This document shows positions 40,241 to 50,800 of a stretch of 64,000 nucleotides of DNA, piece after piece; positions within the stretch are counted from its first letter, which is position 1; every line of letters starts with the position of its first letter. The stretch lies in the NCBI GenBank assembly GCA_963756985.1, contig CAVWPV010000014.1, positions 206 through 64,205 on the forward strand, read 5' to 3'. Under the pieces are notes generated by a model. The model saw only the letters and a program-made list of their open reading frames with translations, did not search any database and was not told the DNA's origin. The position numbers and the translations under genes are program-made. This stretch comes from an uncultured Solirubrobacteraceae bacterium. GTDB lineage: Bacteria > Actinomycetota > Thermoleophilia > Solirubrobacterales > Solirubrobacteraceae.

Positions 40241-41630
40241 ATGGCGCGCTCCAGCTCCGTTCACGTCTGCTCGGCCTGTGGGCACGAGTCGCCGCGTTGG
40301 GCCGGGCAGTGTCCAGGGTGCGGCGAGTGGAACACGCTCGTCGAGGAGGCGCGGCCGGGGGTGGCCGGACGGCGCTCCAGTAGCCGTGGCGGTCCCGGCG
40401 GTTCTGGCGGCCGGGGGGCGGCCGCGGTGACGCCGATCGCGCTGGGCGATGTGGCCGCCGTCGAGCACGACCGGCTCAGCACCGGCATCGGTGAGCTCGA
40501 CAACGTGCTGGGTGGCGGGATCGTTCCGGGCTCGCTGATCCTGATCGGCGGCTCGCCGGGGATCGGCAAGTCGACGCTGACGACGATGGCGCTTGCGCAC
40601 CTCGCCGCCGCCGGTCGCCGCACGCTTTACGTGTCGGCGGAGGAATCGGCGGCGCAGATCCGGCTGCGGGCGCAGCGCCTGTCCGAAGCCGCCGACGCGC
40701 TGCGGATCCCGGTGATCGGCGAAACCGACCTCGACGTCGTGCTCGCGACGCTCGAGCGAGAGCGGCCAGAGGTGTGCGTGATCGACTCGGTGCAGACGCT
40801 CGTCTCGGGCGAGCTCTCGAGCGCGGCGGGCTCGGTCGCACAGGTTCGCGAGGTCGCGGGTGCGGTGATGCGGGTCGCGAAGGAGCTCGGGATCGCCGTG
40901 TTACTGGTCGGCCACGTGACCAAGGACGGGGCGCTCGCCGGGCCGCGAGTACTGGAGCACTTGGTCGACTGCGTGCTCCAGTTCGAGGGCGAGCGGGAGC
41001 GGACCTACCGCACAGTGCGCGCGATCAAGAACCGCTTCGGCTCGACGAACGAGGCGGGCGTGTTCGAGATGCGTGAGGACGGGCTAGTCGAGGTGCTCGA
41101 CGCGTCGGCGCGGTTCGTCGCCGAGGCGACCCGGGCGCCCGGCAGCGTGGTGCTGTGCGCGATGGAGGGCTCGCGGCCGCTGCTGGTCGAGGTACAGGCG
41201 CTGGTCTCGAGCTCCGAGCTGGTTCCACCGCGGCGGGTCGTCGCCGGCCTAGATCGCAACCGCGTGGCGCTCGTGCTCGCGGTGCTCGGCCGCCACGGCG
41301 GCATCGGTCTCGGATCGGCCGATGTGTTCGTCAACGTCGTCGGTGGGGTGCGCGTCGACGAGCCGGGAGCGGATCTCGCGGTCGCGCTCGCGGTCGCGAG
41401 CGCCGCCAAGCGGGTGGCGCTCTGCTCGGCAACGGGCGCGCCGCTCGCGTGCTTCGGCGAGCTGGGACTGACCGGGGAGCTACGAACGGTCGCACACACC
41501 GACCGCCGGGTCGCCGAGGCGGCCAAATTCGGGCTTGCCCCGGTCGCTCGACCCGACCGGACACAGCACCCTGCGCGCGGCGCTGCACTCTGCGTTAGCA
41601 GCGAAAAAGCCCGTCGCGCAGGCGGCGTGA
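40241..41630 (+). CDS. radA: DNA repair protein RadA/Sms (frameshift near 41560)
   Basis: C4 zinc finger, GSPGIGKST, KNRFG, GELGLTGE; natural-looking end STLRAALHSALAA... lies in an alternative frame ending TGA 41630. Confidence 0.95.
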
Positions 41631-41682
41631 GCTCCGAGCGGCTGCGGGGCGTCCGCGGCGACAGCGCTGTAAAATTGCTTTG

Positions 41683-42800
41683 ATGCCGCCTCGTTCCGGG
41701 GAAGAGCTCAAAGAGGAGCTCGAGACTCGCCAAGAATCCCGGCTAGTGCGAGCCCTCGAGATGGTGGCGCCGGGAACGTCGCTACGGGAGGGGATCGACA
41801 ACATCCTCCACGCCCGCACCTGGGCGGGCTGATCGTGATCGGCGAAGTAGACGAGCTGGCGTTCCTGTTCTCGGGCGGGATCAAGCTCGAGCACGACTAC
41901 TCGCCGGCGCTGCTGTACGAGCTGGCGAAGATGGACGGCGCGATCGTGCTCAACGGCAACGCGACCAAGATCGTGCACGTCAACGTGCAGTTGACCCCGG
42001 ATCCGACGATCCTGACGCTCGAGACAGGGACTCGCCACCGCACCGCAGAGCGAGTCTCGAAGCAGACGGACGCGCTCGTCGTCGCGATCTCGGAACGGCG
42101 CGAGGTCGTCTCCCTGTACGTCGACGGCGTCAAGTACATCCTCGAGGACATCCCGGTCGTGCTCGCGAAGGCGAACCAGGCGCTCGCCACGCTCGACAAG
42201 TACCGCAGCCGGCTCGACCAGGTCTCAACCCGGCTGACGGCGCTCGAATTCGAGGGCGGGACGACGCTCCACGACGTCCTGACCGTGCTCCAGCGGGTCG
42301 AGCTCGTGACCCGGATGGCCGTCGAGATCGAGCGATACATCGTCGAGCTCGGGTCTGAGGGCCGGCTGATCGAGATGCAGCTCGACGAGACGATGGTCGG
42401 CGTCGCGGCCGACAAGTCCGCGCTCGTCCACGATTACCTGATCGAGGACACCGACGAAAGCTTCCAGGAGGCGTTCGATCAGCTCGTGCGTCTCCCACAT
42501 CAAGACCTTCTTGACTTTGGCCGGCTAGCCGAGCTGCTCGGCTACGACCGCAAGCTCAACACCCTCGACTATCCCGTCTCACCACGCGGTATCCGAATTC
42601 TCGGGCGCATTCCACGGCTGCCCAAGCTCGTTGTGCAACGGATCGTCGGTGAATTCGGGGGACTAGAGGAATTGCTCGCCGCAACGGATGGCGAGCTGGA
42701 GACCGTCGACGGCGTCGGCGAGATCCGGGCGAAGGACATTCGCGAGGGCCTTCGCCGCCAACAAGAGATCAACCTCGTGGATCGATATCTGCAGACCTAG
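41683..42800 (+). CDS. disA: DNA integrity scanning diadenylate cyclase DisA (frameshift near 41821)
   Basis: APGTSLREGI N-terminus from ATG 41683; DGA and RHR DAC motifs; C-terminal HhH VDGVGEIRA. Confidence 0.93.
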
Positions 42801-42840
42801 CCCGGCGACTGCCGCGCCGGCCCGGACAGAGGAGGAAGTC

Positions 42841-43440
42841 ATCACAGAGCTAACGGAAGAGCACCTGGACGAGGATCTCGAGAGCGCCGAACCGGTGCCA
42901 TTTATCGAGTTCGAGGTTGGGGACAGCGTTGTCTATCCCCACCATGGTGCCGGCAAGGTCCTGCGCAAGGAAGAGAAGGAGGTGCTGGGCGAGTCCCGCG
43001 AGTACCTCACGATCAAGATCCTCCACAACGACATGACCGTGATGGTCCCGACCGAGAACGCGGCGCTCGCTGGACTGCGCCGGGTGATCGACGAGGAGAC
43101 GGTCAAGAAGGTGCTCGCCCTACTTGCGGACGAGTGTTCGGAGATGCCCAAGAACTGGAACAGGCGGTTCAAGCACAACCGCGACAAGATCAAGACAGGC
43201 GACATCTACGAGCTCGCAGAAGTCGTACGCAACCTTGCCATCCGGGAGGCCGAGAAAGGTCTCTCGACCGGCGAGAAGCAGATGTACACCCGCGCCAAGC
43301 GGATTCTCGGATCCGAGCTCATGTATGCGCTCGACATGGACGAGGACCAGGTCGAGGAGCATCTGCATTCGCTGATGGCGGATGCGCATGTCAACGGAAA
43401 CGGAAACGGCAACGGGAAGGTGGCGGTGGCCGCCAAGTAG
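42841..43440 (+). CDS. carD: CarD family transcription factor; start uncertain (ATC 42841 with SD, or GTG 42895)
   Basis: FEVGDSVVYPHHGAG, GLRRVI, NWNRRFK, LSTGEK. Confidence 0.93.
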   Translation: MTELTEEHLDEDLESAEPVPFIEFEVGDSVVYPHHGAGKVLRKEEKEVLGESREYLTIKILHNDMTVMVPTENAALAGLRRVIDEETVKKVLALLADECSEMPKNWNRRFKHNRDKIKTGDIYELAEVVRNLAIREAEKGLSTGEKQMYTRAKRILGSELMYALDMDEDQVEEHLHSLMADAHVNGNGNGNGKVAVAAK

Positions 43441-43460
43441 GGCAGCCGCCTCATACGGAC

Positions 43461-44129
43461 ATGGCGGTCGCGCTGATCGTGGCCGCAGGGCGTGGCGAGC
43501 GCCTTGGATCGGACCGGCCCAAGGCGCTCGTCACTGTTGCGGGCAAACCGCTCGTGCAGTGGAGCGTCGACGCGTTGACCGCCGTACCGGTGGTGGAGCG
43601 GGTCGTCGTCGCGCTCCCTGCCGAGGCGCTGGGTGCCGCTCCGGTGGGGACGGTGGCGGTGGCCGGCGGGTCCGTTCGATCGGAGTCCGTCCGGCTCGCG
43701 CTCGCCGCCGCCGGCGAGGGCGATCCGGTGATCGTCCACGACGCAGCGCGGCCGCTGGCAAGTACGGAGCTGTTCGAGCGCGCGCTCAATGAGCTGTGGG
43801 GTTCCGGCGCCGACGCCGTGATCGCGGCGGCGCCTGTGTCGGACACGATCAAGGAGGTCGGCACCGACGGCGCGACCGTCGTTCGCACGCTCGACCGCTG
43901 CACCCTGTGGGCCGTACAGACGCCGCAGGTGTTCCGACGCGCGCCGCTGGAGGCGGCGCTGCAAGGCGCCGGCGGTGAGCTGCTTGCGGCTGCTACGGAC
44001 GACGCGTGGCTGATCGAGCGGGCAGGGGGCGAGGTGCGCGTGGTCGACGCCGGTGCCGGCAACTTGAAGATCACGACGCCGATCGATCTCCGCCTCGCCG
44101 AGCTGCTGCTGTCGGAGCGAAGCCAGTGA
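43461..44129 (+). CDS. ispD: 2-C-methyl-D-erythritol 4-phosphate cytidylyltransferase
   Basis: [39 protein letters not shown]. Confidence 0.95.
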   Translation: MAVALIVAAGRGERLGSDRPKALVTVAGKPLVQWSVDALTAVPVVERVVVALPAEALGAAPVGTVAVAGGSVRSESVRLALAAAGEGDPVIVHDAARPLASTELFERALNELWGSGADAVIAAAPVSDTIKEVGTDGATVVRTLDRCTLWAVQTPQVFRRAPLEAALQGAGGELLAAATDDAWLIERAGGEVRVVDAGAGNLKITTPIDLRLAELLLSERSQ

Positions 44130-44605
44130 ACCCCATCCGCACCGGCCTCGGCTATGACTGCCACCCATTCGTTCCGGGCCGTCGGCTGATCCTCGGAGGG
44201 GTCCAGATCGAGCACGATGCCGGGCTCGAGGGTCACTCCGACGCGGATGTGCTCACGCATGCGATCATCGACGCGCTGCTCGGCGCCGCCGCGCTCGGCG
44301 ACATCGGCGAGCACTTCCCGGACACCGACGAGCGCTACCGGGATGCGGACTCGATCGGGTTGCTGCGAGCGGCGGTCCAGCTGCTCGAAGAGCGGGGGCT
44401 CGAGATCGCCAACGTCGACGCGACCATCGTGATCGAAGCGCCGAAACTGGCGCCGCACCGGGAGGCAATGCGGAGCTCGCTGGCGGAGGCGATGGGGATC
44501 GAGGTCGCGTGCGTGAGCGTCAAGGCGACGCGAGGCGAGGGGATGGGGTTCGTTGGCCGGGCCGAAGGCGCGGCGGCGCTCGCGATCGCCACCGTCACCA
44601 GCTGA
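44126..44605 (+). CDS. ispF: 2-C-methyl-D-erythritol 2,4-cyclodiphosphate synthase
   Basis: [34 protein letters not shown]. Confidence 0.96.
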   Translation: MNPIRTGLGYDCHPFVPGRRLILGGVQIEHDAGLEGHSDADVLTHAIIDALLGAAALGDIGEHFPDTDERYRDADSIGLLRAAVQLLEERGLEIANVDATIVIEAPKLAPHREAMRSSLAEAMGIEVACVSVKATRGEGMGFVGRAEGAAALAIATVTS

Positions 44606-44641
44606 TACACGTACGTAACAGCGTCGTTATAGTGCCGTACC

Positions 44642-45208
44642 GTGAATGCGATCCACAACGTGCTGTGCTCGTCGGGTTGGTGGGCGAAGCGGGTCGAGAC
44701 CGAGCTGCTGCCGTGGGGCTTGGAGCACGCCGACCTCGGTGATGATGTGCTCGAGATCGGCCCCGGCTTCGGCGCCACCACACGGCTGCTCGCCCGTCGC
44801 CTGCCGAACCTGACGGCAATCGAGCTCGACCCCGGGTACTGCCGACGGTTGCGCGCCGCGCTTCCAGAACGGGTCGAGGTGACCGAAGGCGATGCGACGA
44901 AGCTGCCGTTCGAGGACGGCCGCTTCTCGGGCGTCGTCTGCTTCACGATGCTCCACCACATCACGCCGGCGGCCGACCAGGATCGGGCGTTTGCCGAGAT
45001 CGCGCGGGTGCTGCGGGCCGGCGGCACGTTCGCCGGCACCGACAGCGTCGGCAATGGCCGGCTGTTCAGGCTGATCCACATCGGCGACACGCTGAACCTG
45101 CTCGACCCGGCGACGCTTCCGGCGAGGCTCGAGGCTGCGGGACTCGGGAGCGTGACGGTCGACCGCGACGGGCGCTCGATGCGATTCCGCGCGAGCAAGC
45201 CGGAATGA
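44642..45208 (+). CDS. Class I SAM-dependent methyltransferase
   Basis: VLEIGPGFG, GDATKLPF, MLHH, RVLRAGG. Confidence 0.88.
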   Translation: MNAIHNVLCSSGWWAKRVETELLPWGLEHADLGDDVLEIGPGFGATTRLLARRLPNLTAIELDPGYCRRLRAALPERVEVTEGDATKLPFEDGRFSGVVCFTMLHHITPAADQDRAFAEIARVLRAGGTFAGTDSVGNGRLFRLIHIGDTLNLLDPATLPARLEAAGLGSVTVDRDGRSMRFRASKPE

Positions 45209-45846
45209 CGAGCGAGCCCGAGCGCGTCCCGCCGCACATCGTTGACGCGGCGCGCCACGTGCTCGCGCAGGACGGGCTCGCGGCGGCGACGCTCGAGCGG
45301 ATCTCCGCCGCGGCCGGCGTCTCGCGGATGACGCTACATCGTCGCGGCGTGTCCAAGGAGGACATCCTGCACGCGCTTGCGGTTCGGCTGGACGACGACT
45401 ACCGGGAGTCGTTCTGGCCGGCGCTCGTGTCGAAGGGGAGTGGTCGAGAGCGGCTCCGGCTCGCGCTGGAACAGCTGTGCGACGTGACCGAACGCAATCT
45501 GTCGCTGCACGAGGCTCTCTCGATACACGTGCGTAACGCGATCTATCACGATGAGCGCGGGATGACTCGGGCCGAGTTCGTCGAGCCGCTCGAGCGCCTG
45601 CTGCTCGACGGCGCCGCCGACGCGTCGCTGCGGGCTGTCGACACCGAGGAGACCGCGACGCTCCTGTTCAACGCCGTCAGCCACACGTACGCCCACCTGC
45701 GCAGCGGTCACGGATGGCCGCCGGACCGAGCACGTGACGGGGTGGTGGACCTCGTGCTCGACGGCGTCAGCAGTATCAGCCCGCGCGGGCGGCGCGGCGC
45801 TCCGCAGCCCGCTCGCGGAGCTGCTCCTGCTCGACGATCCGCTTGA
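45205..45846 (+). CDS. TetR/AcrR family regulator
   Basis: ATLERISAAAGVSRMTLHR HTH; 3' end overlaps the convergent SRPBCC gene. Confidence 0.85.
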   Translation: MTSEPERVPPHIVDAARHVLAQDGLAAATLERISAAAGVSRMTLHRRGVSKEDILHALAVRLDDDYRESFWPALVSKGSGRERLRLALEQLCDVTERNLSLHEALSIHVRNAIYHDERGMTRAEFVEPLERLLLDGAADASLRAVDTEETATLLFNAVSHTYAHLRSGHGWPPDRARDGVVDLVLDGVSSISPRGRRGAPQPARGAAPARRSA

Positions 45847-46261
45847 GCTGAGCGAGGCTGCGGCGCAGGTGCCCCGTGACGGCTGGGGCCGCGATGTGCT
45901 CGGCGATCCACCCGCCCGGACCCGCGCCGGCGACGCCGTAGGCGAGGCGGAGCTCTGCCCGGGTCCGCTCGCCACGTTGCTCGCGCAGCCGGAAGCGGCC
46001 GCGCTGGTCGATCCCTGTGACCGAGGTCCACGCGAGCTCGCACGGCGGATCCCACTCGACTACCTCGATCAGGCCGCCGATCTCAGCCGAACCGATGCGC
46101 ATCAACATTCGGTACCGCGCGCCTAGGCCAGTCGGCTCCGCGCCGGCGATCTCCCAGCGTGTGATCCCGGACATGAAGCTCAGCATCCGCTCCGGATCGG
46201 AGACCGCTGACCAGACGCGGTCGATCGGGGCGGCGATCTGAGCGGCGGCGGCGACTCTCAT
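45776..46261 (-). CDS. SRPBCC/START family protein
   Basis: IAAPIDRVWSAVSDPE, GLGARYR, WDPPCELAW. Confidence 0.8.
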   Translation of the reverse strand: MRVAAAAQIAAPIDRVWSAVSDPERMLSFMSGITRWEIAGAEPTGLGARYRMLMRIGSAEIGGLIEVVEWDPPCELAWTSVTGIDQRGRFRLREQRGERTRAELRLAYGVAGAGPGGWIAEHIAAPAVTGHLRRSLAQLKRIVEQEQLRERAAERRAARAG

Positions 46262-47196
46262 CCGAGTATCGGCAGTCGCCGCTCGGCCGCGAGCGCATCG
46301 AGCGTCTCCTGCATCGAGCGGACGATCTGGTCGTAGGCCTCGTCGAGGTCGGGATCCTGGCCGAACTCCTCACGCAGGTTGATCGCGGGGAGTGTCTCGA
46401 TCGTGATCTTCGCGGGCAGCGGAATGTGGCCGAGCATGTCGCCGATGTTCAGGCCCCACGGCAGCGCGATCGAGATCGGGAGCACCTTCAGGCGGAACAG
46501 TCGATCTAGCGCCAGCAGCCCGGCGAGCCGTTCGCCGCGACTGAGGAACAGCGAGGTCTCCTGGCCGCCGATCGACACGACCGGGACGATCGGGACGTCG
46601 CGCTCGAGTGCCAGGCGGATGAACCCCTTGCGGCCGTCGAAATCGACGCGGTTGCGTTCCCAGATCGGCCGGTGGACCTCGTAGTCGCCGCCCGGGTAGA
46701 CGAGCAGTGCGGCGCCGGCGTCGAGCGCTTGAGCGGCGTTCGAAGGCGAGGCGGCGACGGTTCCGAACTTGCGCAGCGACGCGAGCCCGGGCATCGACAG
46801 CACGAGGTTGTGGGCAAGCTGGTAGAAGGCACGCTCGACGCCGAAGTAGGTGGCGAACGCCAGCGTGAACACGAGCGTGTCCGGCGTCATGTTGCCGCCG
46901 GAGTGGTTACCGACGAGCAGCACCGGCCCGTCATCGGGGATGTTGCCGAGCCCCCGGACCTCGCCGCGGTACCAGATGCTGGCCGCGAGCCACATCAGCG
47001 GAAGCCGCTCGCGGATGTAATCCGGGTCGCGTTCGTCGAGGTCGGCGCGGGGGATCCGCTTCTCGATCTGCTCGGTGATGCCGCGCAGCGTCCGGGACAG
47101 CAACGATCTGCGGCTGCCGCCAGCATCCGCGGCGCCGGCCGATTGGGCGGGGGACTGATGTCCGTTGGTGCTCGGTGCGCGCGCGGTCGTCGACAT
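46258..47196 (-). CDS. Lysophospholipid/diacylglycerol acyltransferase family protein
   Basis: LLVGNHSGG...D, LVYPGG, GFIRLAL..DVPIVPV. Confidence 0.88.
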   Translation of the reverse strand: MSTTARAPSTNGHQSPAQSAGAADAGGSRRSLLSRTLRGITEQIEKRIPRADLDERDPDYIRERLPLMWLAASIWYRGEVRGLGNIPDDGPVLLVGNHSGGNMTPDTLVFTLAFATYFGVERAFYQLAHNLVLSMPGLASLRKFGTVAASPSNAAQALDAGAALLVYPGGDYEVHRPIWERNRVDFDGRKGFIRLALERDVPIVPVVSIGGQETSLFLSRGERLAGLLALDRLFRLKVLPISIALPWGLNIGDMLGHIPLPAKITIETLPAINLREEFGQDPDLDEAYDQIVRSMQETLDALAAERRLPILG

Positions 47197-47214
47197 GCGG
47201 CGGATGTTAGGCGC

Positions 47215-48483
47215 TCACGCTGCTTTCGCCTGGCCGGTGCTCAACTCCTGCCGCTGGCGGCGCTCGGTCTGCTCACACTCGGCGAAGAATCCCATCAGCA
47301 GCTCGTTTGTCTCCTCCGGCCGTTCGACCTGGGGGACATGACCGCAGTGGTCGATCGTCACCTGCTCGGCCGTCGGCAGCCAGCGGCTCACGTGGCGCGA
47401 GAACCCGGCAGGGACGAGCGGGTCGTCGCTGCACCACACGAACAGCGCCGGCCGTTCGAGCTCGGCGAGCCGCGGATAGAAGCCGCCGCGGCCGAACGGC
47501 TTCTCCAGGTAGATGTTGCGAGCGCACGAGAGAAACGCGTAGCGCGCGCCGGGGGAGTGGTAGATGCGGCGGAACTCGTCGACCATCAGGTCCCCGATCG
47601 CGGGGTCGATCAGGTCCCGGTCGCAGAACATCGCCCAAAACTGATTCGCCACGGTTTTGCGGCTGAAAGCATGGGGCAGCAGCCCGAACTCGGGCCGAAG
47701 CATCCGGACGATCGGATGGAAGCCGCGCCTCACCCATGCGACGGCCGGGCAGAGCAGCCCGAGTGCGCCGACCCGCTCCGGAGCGATGAGCGCGGTCTCG
47801 ATCGAGATCCGCCCGCCCATCGAGTTGCCGGCGAAGTGGGCACGTCCGACCTCGAGCTCGTCCATCAAGCCGAGCATCACATCCGCGAACCATCGCGCGT
47901 TGTAGCCACCAGTTGCCGGCTTTGACGAAGACCCGAAGCCCGGGAGATCGGGCACGTGGACGCGATAGCGGCTCGACAGCGCCGCGGCGGTCTCGAACAG
48001 CGAAGCGCGCGTACCGCCGAGGCCGTGGAGCAGGAGCACGTCGGGCCCGGTCCCCATCGTCAGCGTCGAAACTTTGTGGCGGCCGACCGGGATGTCGCGG
48101 ATGCGAAGCAGCGGCGGCCTGCCGCCCGGACGGCGGAACATCCCCTCGAAGCCGACCGCGTAGTCGAGATTGCCGCGCACGCTGAGCTGGCGGCGCTGGA
48201 ACGCCTCGACCCCGGACAGCTCACCTTCGCGCAGGCGGGTCCAGGTCTCGGCGTCGGTCGAGAGCGTCACATCCGGCCTGCGGCGGGTCGCGCCCCTGCG
48301 GACGCGGGCGCCGTGGGCCGTGCAGCGGACCTCCCACGTGTGGCCGAGATCGCACAGCTGGATGTGGTACGTCGCATCAAAGCCAGGATCGGCTCCGAGA
48401 TACCGTTCTGCGAGCGAGCGGAAAGCATCGTCCACCCGCGCTAGCCGCTCGGAGTGCTCCAGCCCTGAACGCACGGCGGGCAC
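47215..48483 (-). CDS. Alpha/beta hydrolase with N-terminal SCP2-like domain
   Basis: N-terminal PDVTLSTD...LSGVEAF..RQLSVRGN (SCP2-like); HGLGG, GNSMGG, CGH. Confidence 0.85.
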   Translation of the reverse strand: MPAVRSGLEHSERLARVDDAFRSLAERYLGADPGFDATYHIQLCDLGHTWEVRCTAHGARVRRGATRRRPDVTLSTDAETWTRLREGELSGVEAFQRRQLSVRGNLDYAVGFEGMFRRPGGRPPLLRIRDIPVGRHKVSTLTMGTGPDVLLLHGLGGTRASLFETAAALSSRYRVHVPDLPGFGSSSKPATGGYNARWFADVMLGLMDELEVGRAHFAGNSMGGRISIETALIAPERVGALGLLCPAVAWVRRGFHPIVRMLRPEFGLLPHAFSRKTVANQFWAMFCDRDLIDPAIGDLMVDEFRRIYHSPGARYAFLSCARNIYLEKPFGRGGFYPRLAELERPALFVWCSDDPLVPAGFSRHVSRWLPTAEQVTIDHCGHVPQVERPEETNELLMGFFAECEQTERRQRQELSTGQAKAA

Positions 48484-48565
48484 CCTACATACCTCCGCGG
48501 CGGGGTGTCACCAGTGCGCGCGACGCCCCCGCAAATTGCGGGCGATCAACTACAGTCGCGCGAGC

Positions 48566-49921
48566 TTGCGCGAGATCGTCCTCCATGACACCAGGACCGG
48601 CGAGAATCGCCAGCTCGAGCCGCGTGTGCCCGGGCGCGTGGGCATTTACGCGTGCGGCCCGACGGTGTACGGCCGGATCCACGTCGGCAACGCCCGCCCG
48701 TTCGTCGTGTTCTCGCTGCTGAAGCGGTTCCTCGTCCACGAGGGGTACGAGGTCGACTTCGTGGCGAACATCACGGACGTCAACGACAAGATCTACGACG
48801 CGGCGCATGCCGCGGGTATCGGCAGCGCAGCGCTGGCGCGCGAGATGTCCGGCCGATATGTGGCCGATACCGATCGGCTCGGCCTCGGCCGCCCGGACCA
48901 CGAGCCCCTCGCGAGCGAGACGATCGAGCAGATCGTCGCGTTGATCGGGGAGTTGGTGGCGGGGGAACATGCCTATGCGGCCGGCGGAGATGTGTACTTC
49001 TCGGTGCGCAGCTACCCCGCGTACGGCGAGCTATCACACCGAAACATTGACGATATGGATCAGGGTGAGGGTGTCGAGGGCGCCGCACTGAAGCGGGATC
49101 CGCTCGATTTCGCGTTGTGGAAGGCGGCCAAGGAGGGGGAGGACACGGCGTGGGACTCGCCGTGGGGACGGGGCCGGCCAGGCTGGCACATCGAGTGTTC
49201 GGCGATGGCGGAATCGCTGCTAGGGGTTGATTTTGAGATCCACGGCGGCGGCACGGACCTGATCTTTCCCCACCACGAAAACGAAGCCGCCCAGACGGGC
49301 GCCGCCCGTGGCGGGCAGCTCGCGCGGCTTTGGGTCCACAACGGGATGATCAGGCTCGACCAGGAGAAGATGTCGAAGTCTCAGGGCAACATCTTCCTGC
49401 TGGGGAACGCGCTCGACGCGTACGGGCGCGACGCGCTGCTCATGTACTTCCTCGGGGGCCACTACCGGCAGCCGATCGAGTTCGACGAGGAGCGTCTGGA
49501 GGAGGCCACTGCGCGGCTCGCGCGGATCCGCGACGCCGGGAGGCGGCTCGCCCCCGGCGAGAGCCCCGGGTGGTCCGCGCCGATCAAGGACCGGTTCTTT
49601 GTCGCGCTTGCGAATGACTTCAACACGCCGAAGGCGCTGGCCGAAGTCGCCGCGTGGGTCACCGAGGCGTTCAAGCAGCCGGCGGGGTCGGTTGGCGACG
49701 CGGATCTCCGGGAGATGCTGGGGGTTTTCGCGCTCGACACCGTGCTCGACGCGGACGCGCCACCCCCGGAGCAGGCGGTCGAGCTGATGCAGGCGCGCGA
49801 GGCCGCCCGCGCCGAGCGCGAGTATGCGACGGCGGACCGGTTTAGGGACGAGTTGCGGGAGCTCGGGTGGGAGGTCCGTGACGGTCCGGACGGGCCCGAG
49901 CTGATCCCGCGCGAGCGGTGA
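48566..49921 (+). CDS. cysS: Cysteinyl-tRNA synthetase
   Basis: CGPTVY, HVGN (HIGH), GRPGWHIECSAM, FPHHENE, KMSKS. Confidence 0.97.
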   Translation: MREIVLHDTRTGENRQLEPRVPGRVGIYACGPTVYGRIHVGNARPFVVFSLLKRFLVHEGYEVDFVANITDVNDKIYDAAHAAGIGSAALAREMSGRYVADTDRLGLGRPDHEPLASETIEQIVALIGELVAGEHAYAAGGDVYFSVRSYPAYGELSHRNIDDMDQGEGVEGAALKRDPLDFALWKAAKEGEDTAWDSPWGRGRPGWHIECSAMAESLLGVDFEIHGGGTDLIFPHHENEAAQTGAARGGQLARLWVHNGMIRLDQEKMSKSQGNIFLLGNALDAYGRDALLMYFLGGHYRQPIEFDEERLEEATARLARIRDAGRRLAPGESPGWSAPIKDRFFVALANDFNTPKALAEVAAWVTEAFKQPAGSVGDADLREMLGVFALDTVLDADAPPPEQAVELMQAREAARAEREYATADRFRDELRELGWEVRDGPDGPELIPRER

Positions 49922-50607
49922 TCGTCTACGGGCGCAACTCGGTGCGCGAGGCGCTGCGCGGGCCGCGCACGGTGTCGCGCGTTTGGGCGACGAAGAATGC
50001 AGCACGGGAGCCGTGGCTCGGCGCCGCGCCGACCGTAACGGTCGTCGGCGCGGATGAGCTCGAGCGGCTGTCCGGCTCGGACGGCCATCAGGGCATCTGC
50101 GCGGAGGTCAGCGAATTCGTTTACGCCGACGGCGAAGCGCTGCTGCGAGGCTCGCCCGCGCCCCTGCTCGTCGCGCTCGACCAGGTCACCGACCCCCAGA
50201 ACCTCGGGGCGATCTGCCGCACGGCGGAGTGCGCGGGCGCCGCGGGCGTCGTGCTGCCTGAGCGCCGCTCCGCCCACGTCACCGCGGCGGTCTGCAAGGC
50301 GTCGGCCGGCGCGGTCGAGCATCTGCCCGTGGCGGTAGTCCGGAACCTCGCCGACTGGCTCGCCGACGCGAAGGCGGCCGACTTGTGGTGCTACGGCGCC
50401 GCCGCCGACGGGCAGGCTTCGTACGACGCGGTTGACTGGGCGGGCGGGGTGGTGCTCGTGCTCGGGTCCGAGGGACGCGGACTGCGCCCGCGCGTCGCGG
50501 CGGCGTGTGACGCGCTCGTGTCGCTGCCTCTCCGAGGCCGGATCGAGTCGCTCAGCGTCAGCGCGGCGGCAGCCGTGCTGCTGTACCGCGCAGCAGCGGC
50601 TCGATGA
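49918..50607 (+). CDS. rlmB: 23S rRNA (G2251) 2'-O-methyltransferase, SpoU family
   Basis: HQG, DPQNLGAICR, KASAGA, GSEGRGL, SLSVSAA; follows cysS. Confidence 0.93.
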   Translation: MIVYGRNSVREALRGPRTVSRVWATKNAAREPWLGAAPTVTVVGADELERLSGSDGHQGICAEVSEFVYADGEALLRGSPAPLLVALDQVTDPQNLGAICRTAECAGAAGVVLPERRSAHVTAAVCKASAGAVEHLPVAVVRNLADWLADAKAADLWCYGAAADGQASYDAVDWAGGVVLVLGSEGRGLRPRVAAACDALVSLPLRGRIESLSVSAAAAVLLYRAAAAR

Positions 50608-50634
50608 GCCGGAATGCACACCGAAATCCGGTAC

Positions 50635-50663
50635 TTGACAAGCGCGCAGTGCTATGTAAAGCT
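50635..50663 (+). promoter_or_regulatory. Putative sigH promoter (TTGACA; -10 imperfect)
   Basis: TTGACA at 50635-50640 followed by TATGTAAAGCT. Confidence 0.4.
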
Positions 50664-50800
50664 CGCGCCGGGAGATAACGATCAACTAGAGCTTTAGGCT
50701 CAGGGTTGGGTTAGAGATCATAGGTGCGGCGCCATGGGAGGTGACGCGTCACGAATTCCACAGGATCACGCTGCCTGCGTGGTCCAGGAGGGAAGAGGTC

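Noticed and set aside
41810-41835. Programmed ribosomal frameshift in disA
   Set aside because: No slippery heptamer or stimulatory structure; many similar indels elsewhere point to sequencing error
48484-48565. T-box leader upstream of cysS
   Set aside because: The gap is only about 80 bp and shared with a divergent gene; no T-box consensus or terminator
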